Shown one piece after another: positions 1 through 11,800 of a stretch of 64,000 bases of DNA. Below the pieces are notes generated by a model. The model did no database searches. It worked only from the letters and a program-made list of their open reading frames with translations, and was not told the origin of the DNA. Origin of the DNA: Thalia democratica. Lineage: Eukaryota. The stretch spans positions 67,642,001 to 67,706,000 of the forward strand of contig OZ241830.1 of the NCBI GenBank assembly GCA_965202585.1, read 5' to 3'. Positions within the stretch are counted from its first letter, which is position 1. Each line of letters starts with the position of its first letter. The translations under genes and the position numbers were made by a program.

Positions 1-166
1 TAAAAGTGTTGTGTTAGACAAACAATTGTTTTTTTGTAAGTATATTTGAAATGAAAAGTACAATAACCATTTATAATATAGTTATTTTTAAATTAATTTA
101 CTCTAAATAAAGTTTTTTTTTAACGTATGATTGAATTATTATGTTTGAATAAGATTTATTATTTAA

Positions 167-201
167 GCGCTGACGAGGTTTTTGACCGAAACATAGTTTG
201 C
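167..201 (+). ncRNA. Minimal type I hammerhead ribozyme motif
   Basis: GCG (stem I) CTGACGA core 170-176; stem II GGTT/GACC with TTT loop 177-187; GAAA 188-191; stem III AC-ata-GT; cleavage triplet GTT 196-198; TGC 199-201 pairs back to GCG (one G-U pair). Confidence 0.7.
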
Positions 202-342
202 ATAATATAATCTTGAAAGAACAAATACATTATTTCTCTTCTAATAATTAAGATCTCTTTATTTGTTTTGTAAAAATTGAAGCATGTAATGTTATATTAA
301 CATTATATACTAGCGTTGAGGATCGATTTAAAATCGATGTGT

Positions 343-405
343 AATTCAGCAATTATTAAGCTGTTCTGTAAGCGGGAGGTTGTGAGATCGAGTCCACTAG
401 TCACA
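343..405 (+). mobile_element. Degenerate tRNA-derived SINE-like head
   Basis: ctgtaagcgggaggttgtgagatcgagtccac resembles a tRNA anticodon arm, variable loop and T-arm/B-box (GTTCGAGTCC with one mismatch). The A-box is weak. Second copy at ~33217-33279. Confidence 0.4.
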
Positions 406-2118
406 GTTTGACCCTTCGTGCAATTTAGACCCGTTTCCAAAATAACTACGTACAACTTGGCTCAAATGTAGCTAAAAACATTGTAAACAGAAATCAATAG
501 TGTTATTGGTAAATCTTCAGGCACTTTCTCTCGTTTAACTGCACTAGTTTAAAACATACCAGTTGGCTATAAATCTTTTGCACTAACTTAGTTTTGTTAA
601 AATGTTCGAAATAGAGATGAAACGAATTTAAACTGTCGAAGTAATGGTTTTTAAGGTGGATGAAAACATTAAAATTAAATGTTTTGTTAAGTAAAAAGTT
701 TTTTTAGAGACATATCAAACTTTCGTAAAATTTTTGTAAAACATATGTTTAAAACTTTAAAAATAATTTTGAGCACACGTTTTAATGTAATCATTTCGGT
801 CTAAAATTTTAACTGTTTAAAGTAGTTATTAAAAGGTTTATTACAGTATATAAGGGTTTAATTATAAGTTTTCAATAATACTATATAGTAGAATAGTTTT
901 CGAAAAAGTTTCATCTATAATGTATCTCATTAAAGTTGTCTGGAATAATATTAACTGTAATTTTAACGACAAGATGTGTTTAACTGTCAACTTACAACTA
1001 AGAAAAAATCTCGAGAATAAATTAATAACCTATTACAAACCGTCTATTTTATAAGCTAAAACTCGTTACTCAAACATTTTATTGCTAAAAGCTACCAAAT
1101 TAAGTTTTAATTTGACCAATCAACTAACTAAAGTATTTGGTTATAGAATACAGACAAATAAGTGTTACGTTTAAGTACCTCTCTATGTCATAAGTGTAAT
1201 ATTTTAGTTTAATACCAATAGCTAATTCTACAAATTATTTCACAAGTGCAAATATCTAAAGTTTTAGAGATACAAAATATTTATTAGTTACGATTTAATT
1301 TTTGTACTTATTTAAAAAAAGTTTATTAGTTACTACTCTTGTATAGCAGAAAAAATGTACTTTGCACAAATAATTTAGTTTTACAAACTTTTAGCTTAAT
1401 TTTTTTTTTCTCTTCTTAAAATTATTTAAAAACGTTTTGAAATTAGTTTTAAGTTTAACATTTAAAAAAAATAATTTTAAGCTAATAAACTATGGATCCG
1501 CTTGCGATTTGGAACTTTTTTTTTTAACCGATAACCTTTAGTTATCTCTTTGCTGCATTTTTAATTTTTATCAAACTCACATCTAACTAGTTTTTTGGTA
1601 AGCACTAAATACATCAGAAGATTTCTTTTATTTATTTTTCAGCTATAAAATACTAAGCCAATAATAAAAAGCTTTGTTTTTAATCAAATGTTTATATTGT
1701 TAATAACTTTTCAGATCAACACATATTTTTTATATGCTCATCCATGTTAATACCATGGAAAACCGTTCACAAAACACTAAACTGTCTTCCGTATTTTTAT
1801 TTAGAAATATACTGTTTTCTTTCAAAGTCAAAATGAAAATTGTAATTTTAAAATTGATTTATCTGAAGATTAAAATAGTCTTTTAGTTTTACAGAAAAAA
1901 GGAAATTATCTGAAAACGTTTTGTAACTAAACTGCTGCCAATAATAATTAGTAGTATATTTACTATTTGCATATTTAAAAAATGACAGTTAGAAAAACAT
2001 TCAAAAAATTAAATAAAAAACTTTTAGTGAAAGGCGGCTGTAGTTTTTGAGTTTAAGACATAACAGGTAAAACTAGTATCAGATTGAAATTTTTACTATT
2101 CTTAATTTAATATGCATC

Positions 2119-2402
2119 TTTTTTACTCTTTATTTTCGTAATCGTCTTTTTTTTTCGACTGACTAACTACGGACGATTCATACCAAAATATTTTTATCAT
2201 ATTCGTTTAGATCAGAGTAGTACAAAGCTGTATGCAATAAAGAAGTTTAATATGACTAACAAATTAATTTTGCATAAAAACATGATAAATTATAAGATAC
2301 ATTTTGTAGTAGAAATCAGTTTAGAACATTTATAAATTGAATCATTCTAGTTCTAGAATTGAAGTTAACTTAAAGATCGAAAACAAGTTCAAACTCACTT
2401 AA
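2119..2402 (+). repeat. ~280-bp dispersed element flanking the kelch copies
   Basis: ttttactctttattttcgtaatcgtctttttttttcgactgactaac...caaactcacttaa recurs at ~7848-8114 and ~36460-36726; partial copies at ~35000-35070 and 35233-35250. Confidence 0.9.
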
Positions 2403-2486
2403 AAGTTAAGGTTATTTAAGTTAAGGAAATTAAAGTTAAGGTTTGAGAATAAAAGGTGTTAACTAATACTTTTAAAACATTTTTAG

Positions 2487-3501
2487 GTCGGAAAAAATCT
2501 AAAGAAGCAGTGTTTGTAACGGCTTTTAAACTAAATAAACTTTTTCTACTAACAAACGTACCAAAACTAAGCAGAAAAATCGAAGATAATTTAACTGTTC
2601 AAAACGTATCCACTGCCAGATGTCATACATTTACAATCTAAACGTTCTATTTAAAAAAACGTTCAGCTTCATTGAACGTTGTTTTGTAGTGGTTGCTGAA
2701 ACTAAAAACTTTTTAGAAATAGAAGACATTTTGATTGCAAGAATAATGGGTAGTTCTGGATTAAAAATTACTTCAGAATTAGAAGTTTTCAATGCTATAG
2801 ATAGCTGGACTAGCTACAATACACAAAAAAGGAGCAAGCATGCAAAACATCTTTTTTTAAAGGTTCGGTTTCATCTTTTGCCCGATCGCACGTTGAAACA
2901 CGTTATTGATAAATCTTCATACTTTTCTAAAACTAAAGAACATGGTGCACTGTTCAATGCAGTTATGGGTAACAAAGAGAATTTTCCAAAAAAGTTGCTA
3001 AACAACTGCTACACCCATAGATATTGCGACCAACATGATTTTGATATAGTTATTTGTGGTGTTTTGGATGAAATATTAAAAAACTCAAACAAAGTGTTTC
3101 ACAAAACAATAGAAAATGTGAAATTTATTACTCCAAAGAAACAAAAAGCAAATTTTAACCGAGTGGTTTGTTTGAAAGGAGAAATTTATGCAATAGCAGC
3201 AGGTAACTACATGTTTAAGGAAGACAAAACTACCATTGAAAAATACATTGCAAAAACGAATACTTGGGAGAAAGTTTCACAAATAGACGACAACGGAGGA
3301 CGAAGTTCATTTTGCTGCTGCGCTTTCATGAACGAAATATATTTACTAGGCGGCCGTTACCGATGGTACGTGACCGACTCCTGCTTGAAGTTTGATGCAA
3401 CAAGCCGCGCTTGGAAGGGAGTCACGGAGATGAGCGAAGCGCGCCAGCATGCGGCGTGCGCCGTTTTCCAAGGAAGAATCGTAGTTTGCGGCGGGGAAGA
3501 T
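2487..3501 (+). pseudogene. BACK-Kelch protein, copy A (frameshifted, 3'-truncated)
   Basis: Near-identical to 5975-6991. A 4-nt deletion near 2612 splits ORFs 2456-2641 and 2620-3510. Homology ends abruptly after GGED at ~3501. BACK motif (SELEVFNAIDSW...VRFHLL) and kelch GG/Y/W motifs are present. Confidence 0.88.
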
Positions 3502-4156
3502 GTTTTGTAGTTTAACGAATTAAACTCGTGATTTCAGAGTATATCAAGTATATTTACTTGCCTATTTTCTTTAGGAATTTGTCTTAGTTGAGCTTTGAGC
3601 TGGCTTATACGAATGATTATAATTAAAACAAAATATTATTATCAAACTATAAAACTTCATCTAATAACAATCAAACGACGGTCTAAATCAATATTTATTT
3701 TACCTAAAAATAAAATCTATAGCTTAAGGTAGTACTGAAAAAGTAAGTTTTAATTTTTAAAAGTGAAAATCATGCATATTAATACTAAGATACTTTATAA
3801 AAAATACAAAAATATCACATAGATAACCTTCTTTATTTTATAATATTGTATACTTATTTGTCTATTAGATTAATGGTTAAAATATCCCAGCGCATGTGTC
3901 TCTTTAGTTTTTAATAAAAAACTCTGTTACAAATTTGTTTTTACTTTCAATGTTAATTTGAACCTTAAACCAACATAATAGCGTGAACAAATCTCTAAAG
4001 TTACATCTCTAACACTGAAATTATAGTATAAATAATACTTTACAAACAGAAAGTCCTCCGATTAAATGAACACGCTTCGTTCTGACCCAAGCACAGTTTC
4101 CAACTTTATACTCCTTTCTCATAAGAATATATATTTCAAATCAAGTTAACTGACAA

Positions 4157-4175
4157 GCAGCGATGGCCGAGTGGT
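4157..4175 (+). pseudogene. 5' fragment of a tRNA-Ser-like gene
   Basis: GCAGCGATGGCCGAGTGGT matches, from memory, the 5' end of metazoan tRNA-Ser(UGA) including the A box. It is followed by cttaacaat repeats instead of the anticodon and T arms. Confidence 0.6.
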
Positions 4176-5618
4176 AGAACTTAACAATAGAACTTAACAA
4201 TATAATAATACTTAACAATAGAAGCAATACTAATGCTCCGTTCAGACATAAATTCCACTCAACTGAACTAATGAATTAATTCAGTTATAAGAACAAATTT
4301 ATAAACTAAAAACAAACCAACTAGCATGTCATATCGGCACGCGTTTGTATTAAATGGTTTACACAATTTTTTATTCATGGTTGCTAATTCAAAATACTTA
4401 TTCATCAAAGTGATTTAAATATTTAACAGAGGGTTACTGTAGGCTAGCAAGCTTATACCTTTTTTTCAATGGAAAAAAATAAGATGTTGTTAACCAATTA
4501 TTTGCTTGTAATTCTAGTTTTAATGAGTTTTATTTTTAATTAAATATTCATAGAATAGAATTAAAGGAATAATAAATATGGAACAATATAACATATACTT
4601 ATGTTTCATAATAAATACTCACTTTACTTACCAGTTGAATTTTTTACCTTGATAGTGTTTATAACTGAACATATTTTTTGTAATGTGCAGGACGTAAGTT
4701 TAATGTGTGTGTATTAAACACTAAAAACCTTAAATAAAGTTCAATTTGATTTATTTTTTATTTCAAACAAAATACTCAACGCCAGCTTTAATTTTTAGGT
4801 ATAAATCATAAATTATTTTTTTTACACTGACTTATTTTCTTAAATCATAAACAGAATATTAAAACTTCCATGTTCATTCGTATTATCTTGATTATGGTTA
4901 TTTTCAACGATACAGATTTATTTTTACTATTTATGATTTCTCCTTTGATGTGCTACTTGTCATTGTATTATCAAAGTAAAGTCTTTCAATAAATAAATTT
5001 AGTTTAAAATTTAAAATATAATTTAACTTATAAAGTAGAACTAAAACAGTTTAGAAAAACCAACTATTGGCTTAACTACACTGAAAGTGGACTAAAAGCT
5101 AAAAAATAATATTTTTTTATATATTCTTTGGAAAATTATTTCAAAAAAAATTATTTAAGTATATATTGCGTTGTTTTGTTCTTTTTGAATGTCATATATA
5201 TTTCTGCCGTTGAAGTTTAAGCATATTACAGCCTAAAATATTTGACATAATTCAGTAAGATGTGTGTATTTAATTGGTTTTTAAACTAAAATTGATGTCA
5301 ATCTTTTAACTTAATATTACTTTCTTACTAGTTAGTCATGAAGTTACTCTAAAACTACAGTTGAAACTGTATTAAGATTTTGCATAAAACTTACCTTTTT
5401 AATTTAAATTTTATGTTTTAAATTCCATATTTAAATAAAATAATTTTATTACACTCAAAAAAAAAACACATTTATAACTCGATCCATAAAACAAGTAAAA
5501 AATGTTATGACAAATTTATTTTTACTGTTAAAGTTATTATGGATACATAGATCAGATGTTTATTTTTATTTTAATGTTAAAAAAATAATTAATTTTTTTT
5601 AGGCAGGTTTAACTTAAA

Positions 5619-7398
5619 ATGAGTTTTAAATTATCAAAAAATCGTAGAAAAAGCTTTAGTTTAGTTAAAGCATGCAAAAACAATGCTCGAAAGATAAATG
5701 AAAACAAAAATAAGATAAAAGTTTTTGAAACAGGTTTAATTTTTTGTTTTAAAATATGTATTTCGGAAGTATTTATTTATAAACCTTATGATTATTTTGT
5801 CAACTTCAGATTTGCTATTAAACCAAGTTACCTCAGGATTTTTAGAAAAAACACAATTTATTTAAACGCTTTAAATATATTTTTTAATTGCTTCATAAAT
5901 AACAAGTATATAGGAAATTTAAGTTAAGGTTTGAAAATAAAAGATGTTAACTAATACTTTTAAAACACTTTTAGGTCGGAAAAAATCTAAAGAAGCAATG
6001 TTTGTCTCGGCTTTCAAACTAAATAAACTTTTTCTACTAACAAACGTACCAAAACTAAGCAGAAAAATTGAAGATAATTTAACTGTTCAAAACGTATCCA
6101 CATACTGCCAGATGTCACACATTTACAATCTAAACGTTCTATTTAAAAAAACGTTCAGCTTCATTGAACGTTGTTTTGTAGGGGTTGCTGAAACTAAAAA
6201 CTTTTTAGAAATAGAAGACATTTTGATTGCAAGAATAATGGGTAGTTCTGGGTTAAAAATTACTTCAGAATTAGAAGTTTTCAATGCTATAGATAGCTGG
6301 ACTAGCTACAATACACAAAAAAGGAGCAAGCATGCAAAACATCTTTTTTTAAAGGTTCGGTTTCATCTTTTGCCCGATCGCACATTGAAACACGTTATTG
6401 ATAAATCTTCATACTTTTCTAAAACTAAAGAACATGGTGCACTGTTCAATGCAGTTTTGGATAACAAAGAGAATTTTCCAAAAAAGTTGCTAAACAACTG
6501 CTACACCCATAGATATTGCGACCAACATGATTTTGATATAGTTATTTGTGGTGTTTTAGATGAACATTTAAAAAACTCAAACAAAGTGTTTCACAAAACA
6601 ATAGAAAATGTGAAATTTATTACTCCAAAGAAACAAAAAGCAAATTTTAACCGAGTGGTTTGTTTGAAAGGAGAAATTTATGCAATAGCAGCAGGTAACT
6701 ACATGTTTAAGGAAGACAAAACTACCATCGAAAAATACATTGCAAAAACGAATACTTGGGAGAAAGTTTCACAAATAGACGACAACGGAGGACGAAGTTC
6801 ATTTTGCTGCTGCGCTTTCATGAACGAAATATATTTACTAGGCGGCCGTTACCGATGGTACGTGACCGACTCCTGCTTGAAGTTTGATGCAACAAGCCGC
6901 GCTTGGAAGGGAGTCACGGAGATGAGCGAAGCGCGCCAGCATGCGGCGTGCGCCGTTTTCCAAGGAAGAATCGTGGTTTGCGGCGGGGAAGATGACGAAG
7001 AAGAAAATTACTCGGAAACGGTCGAGTCGTATGACGTCATCACCGACACTTGGTCGCCGATGCCCAGCATGATGGAAAGCAAAAGCAGGCACAGCGCAGT
7101 TGCGGTGAGAAGCAAGTATTACGTCATCTGCGAACACGATTTTTGCGAGGTCTTTGACAGCGTTTGTAACAAGTTTGTTGCCTTAAAAGAACCGAATCTA
7201 AAATTTAGACGAATGAGTAAGGCTGTTTCAATTGGCAGTAAAATTTTTGTGTTTCGTTTTACTCAACCTAGTTTGGTGTTTATGATGTTGATAAAGACGA
7301 GTGGTCGGAGGAACTGTGTGAAATTACCAAAAATGTTCAATGTTTTTCCTGTACAGTTGTACCATTTTGTTAATAAATTTGAAGTATTAATTGATTAG
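5619..7398 (+). pseudogene. BACK-Kelch (KLHL-like, BTB largely absent) copy B; predicted exons 5619-5733 and 5975-7398; late frameshift
   Basis: The phase-1 donor ACAG|GTTTAA at 5733 joins in frame to the acceptor TTTTAG|GT at 5975. BACK domain plus kelch repeats (YLLGG, IVVCGG, VESYDVITDTWS). Comparison with copy C shows a 1-nt deletion near 7276 that shifts out the final YDVDKDEW...VPFC* repeat (ancestral stop 7371-7373). It could still be translated. Confidence 0.8.
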
Positions 7399-8805
7399 CT
7401 AAGTGCCAAATAATTGTATAAATTGTACAGAAATCTAAGACAAAATTCATTCAAAAACATCTTTATTAAAGCAACAAACAAGTAAAATCGATTTCGGCTA
7501 ACGCTTTTCAATTACTTTAGTTAGCAACTAATTTTAAGATTAAATTTTGAGTATATAAATAGTTAGAGGTTACATCAGAAAAATCAATTAACACTAATTA
7601 GCATAATTGAGCAAAAATTAATTAAACATTCACAATTCATAAATGCATATACAAAACAGTTTATCAGTAATTTAACTAAGATAAGCAACATTAAAAATAA
7701 AATAAAAATAAGCGACAAAATTCAAATAAAATCTATAACAACTTATAAAGATTAGATTTATAAACGTATTGTTGCTTACACAAATTAGGTTTACATGTTT
7801 TTATAAATAGAGATTCTAAAACACTTAGGTGATAATCGTTACGAGCTTTTTTACTCTTTATTTTCGTAATCGTCTTTTTTTTTCGATTGACTAACAACGG
7901 ACGATTCATAGCAAAATGTTTTTATCATATTCGTTTAGATCAGAGTAGTACAAAGCTGTATGCAATAAAGAAGTTTAATATGACTAATAATTTAATTTTG
8001 CATAAAAACATGATAAATCATAAGGTACATTTTGTAGTAGAAATCAATTTAGAACACTTATAAATTGAATCATTCAAGTCAACTTAAATATCGCAAACAA
8101 GTTCAAACTCACTTAAGAACCAAAAATACCCTACAAACTTGTAACTTTTTAAAAATTATACAAAAACATTCATATTTTTGATAGCAGATTGATAAAATAA
8201 AATTTAAAAGTTAAAAAAACTAACAAGATAAAGTTTCAAACTTTATAATACAAAACTTTAAAAATTTTAATTATAATGTTTTTAAGGCTTGTAATTGATT
8301 ATATGTTATAAAAACCTACATTTTATGCAATAATGTAAAAAAAAGTGTCTTATTTCTAGATGTATAAATAGCATAAAAAAAAGTTAGTCATTATTTGAAA
8401 TCATTACTGGTTTATAATTAGTTTTATTGTTTGAGACAGCAAACGAAGGAAAAATACAAATGTTTTTACTTTATACATTTTTATCAGTTTAAATTTTTAG
8501 TATTATAAAAAATCTAGGTATCACAAAATTATAACTTCCTAAAACTTCAATTTTCTAAACGAAACTTACAATATAGTAAATAACTTTTAAAATCAACACA
8601 ATTATAAAAAAGAGTGAAAATCTTAAGAGCTCTTCTGCAAGCTTATCGAAGGAAAAAATCTAAAATAACTGAAGGTTTGTGCTTAATAAGAAAATTTTTC
8701 AAACGTCCTTGATAAAAGTAGGAATAAAATTCTACAAAAATTTACTAAAAAGGCATAAGCAGCAAAACAAACTAAAACGGTCAATTGAAATTGAGACGTG
8801 CAGCA

Positions 8806-11800
8806 TCAAACGACGTTGTGTTTGAACAGCACGTAGTTGGCCATCGTGTGGTTGCCCGACTGCCGGTACATCAAGCTGAGGTTGAAGGCGATCTCGTGCC
8901 GGAGGTCGAAGCTGTCCTCGCACACCGCGTCGACCACAGTGGCAGGTGGTCCGCACTTCAACGCGTCCTCGTAAATGTGCACCGCAAAGTGGTTCAGCCC
9001 GATCTGGTGGAGGGCGCGCCCGATGTTGTACAGCGACTCCTGCTTGTTGTTCCGCAGCTGCCATTTCAAACATTATACAGGTTTGTTCAAGTTTTATTTG
9101 AAATATCAGCCTTTTCAGTTTATATTAAATAACATCATTACTGAAAGAAGGATATTTTGTTTACTTATCAAACAGAAGCTGACTCATGAACTTTCAAAAA
9201 TTTTAAGTAGCTTTTATTGTTATTGAATGCACAAAGTTAAAATTATGTTTGCGGGTATTTATATCCGAATGAAATAAGTGCGGGTTAAAACTGTACTTAC
9301 AAAAAACCTTTATATAGCTTTTATTAATCTTTAATAGTTAACCTATCAATGAAATATTACAAACAACTTTGTTTCATTAATTTCAAAAACGTCAGCTTTT
9401 AGACTTTATCAAAACAAATATTCTAGCAAGAAAACTAAACATTACCATTGAGGATCTTCAACGTAATAAACAGTCTATCAAAATAATCAAACCTGGCAAT
9501 ACTTGGCAAGGAGTGCGAAGGCTTGCGCGACATAAGTGTGCTTGTTACCGCAAGTTTTCTGCGTGAGTATGTGGCAGTAGCAAATTCCCACTATCAAATG
9601 CAGTTCCGGATTTTCTTGCTCCTGCAAGTATTCTTGTTATTTATCCGATAAGTTTATTCGTTAGCACTGACCAAAGTTGGTTTAAAAAAGCTACGTACAT
9701 TTTTTGAATGAATCTAAAGACATTTTTTAACTCTAAAAGTCTTACTTTAACTTACACATTCACTTCTTTAAAACATTACAAAAAGATACTATAAGAGTTT
9801 CAAAAATTTATGAATTTTGGATATAAGTAACAGAACGAGCTTAAAAAACTATATACTTTTGGTTTTTCTCAGAAAGGGATTGAAATTGTTAATAACGTTT
9901 AGTTTGCTTATAATTACTTTTTAAAACTTTACTTGGTTTTTAATAAAATATATAAGTGAAGTTTTATTATGTACTATTCTGTTTTTAATAACTAAAAATT
10001 TTCAAAAACAATTAAAGTACAGATACATCTACCAAAAATTGTCAAACTTCTTCTAGTAGTTCGATGTAATAATTAAGTGCAGGTCTGAAGTTATTAGATG
10101 CAATATCTCCATGAGCGAACATGCTTTGAAGCGGGTAAACTTTCTTATCTTGTACCTGTAATTGTATACTTTCTTTTCGTGAATGCTTTTAAAAAGAAAA
10201 CAGATTAACCACTTTGTTTTGCTAGTAATTAACTTTCGAAATAACACAAAAATAACTTATCATTATTGCGAAAAACTTTAATTTACTCAGCAATTAAAAA
10301 GTGGTAAACTTAATTAGTCATTAAAATAATACTTTACATTAGCACAAAACAAAAAAACGTCAACATAAGTTTACTTACTATAAAGCGCATTATTGTTGTA
10401 AAAACAATAATTATTGGAATGAAATAATAGATAACCAATACTGGGATATAGACAGTATTCAATAAACACGTATTTATTATCTTAGATGAAAAAAACCTTA
10501 AACGCAAAATTTTCTGCCTTGCAATTAATAATACTTTTCTGCAAAATTTTTTGACACAATACTGACCACCATGATTCTGTGGAGAAACCTGTGAGTGTTT
10601 TTGAGAACCTTCTGACTGTGAGACATCCTGGTGACCACCTGATTGAATATGTTCCACACGTGGTTCTGCACCGACGACTGGTCCTCCTTCTTCGATAAGA
10701 TCACCTTCCTTCATTTGATATACAACAGGTTTGTATGGAAACAATGCACAGTAAGACAGTGTTTGTATAAATGATGTTAGAATTTTAAACTTTTATTTAT
10801 AAAAAACACAGTCTTTATTTTGGATGCCATTTATAAAAGCACTAAAAGTTTTAATACAGTTTTTAATTTAAAAAATATATACTAAAATCCAAAATTAGCT
10901 AAAAAAACTGCTTGATAAGTTTATTTATGTTTGTAAAATTAAAATTTAATAAAAATACAGCAAAGTATTCATTATATCAATAAACAACACAAATAACTTG
11001 ATTCAAACAAACTTGAGTATTTTGAAGGCGTAATAGTACCACCCGCTCAACAGGCTGAACCTGAACAAAATAACTTCCAGCTTGCTTCTTGAAATTTTCG
11101 CGCGCGAAAAGAAGTTTTTCTCCTTCATAACGTGGTCGCTTATCAAACAGGCCTCCTTGTATCTTTTGCACGTGTTGAGCAGGTTCAGCAACTCCTTGAT
11201 TGATAAGGTTGATTATATTGGTAGAGTCTTAGCTCGTAAAATTTTTTGTACTAAAGAAATAATATGCAGCAAAAATATTAAAACACTTTGGAATATTAAG
11301 TTACAAACTATTTGTATTTAAGAAAGATTTTTTTGGTATGATTTAACCTTATGTTAAACTTAGCTTATCTCACGGCATACGAAGGTCCAGGCTTAAGCTC
11401 TGTAGACTTTCGCTGATGTTTTCGTTAAAAAAGAATTGATATACTTTTCAAACTTTTGTATAAACTTTGAATCAGTTTTTAGTAAATATGGAGTGTTTAT
11501 ACTGACATAAAACAACAAAAGATTATGTTCTAAAACTATCCCTTATCATTTCCGTAGAAGCAAACATTAACTTATCCAAAAACATTTATAGAAGAAAGTT
11601 ACTTATAATTTAATACTAACCTGAATGTGTTATAATTTTCAACTTAAATAAGTTTTTAATAATACAGTGCTTATTGACTTATCCGGATAAGCATTTTTCC
11701 AGACAAGTACAAAATATAGTGTTTTTATAAAATAATATAACTGCTGTAATTTATGCAATGTAAAGTAAATAATAATAACTCAGCCATTTTCTTCCTTTTT

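Noticed and set aside
6838-7137. Antisense ORF MFADDVILASHR... (also 35448-35747)
   Set aside because: Shadow of the GC-rich kelch coding strand.
8732-9226. Overlapping ORFs 8732-9073, 8785-9132 and 8975-9226 (and unit-2 equivalents)
   Set aside because: Alternative frames or antisense of the last GTF3C3 exon.
10334-10744. 136-aa ORF MFPYKPVVYQMKEG... and ORF 10053-10247
   Set aside because: Wrong frames; the GTF3C3-matching frames are VILSKK...WNIFNQV and VQDKKVYPLQ....
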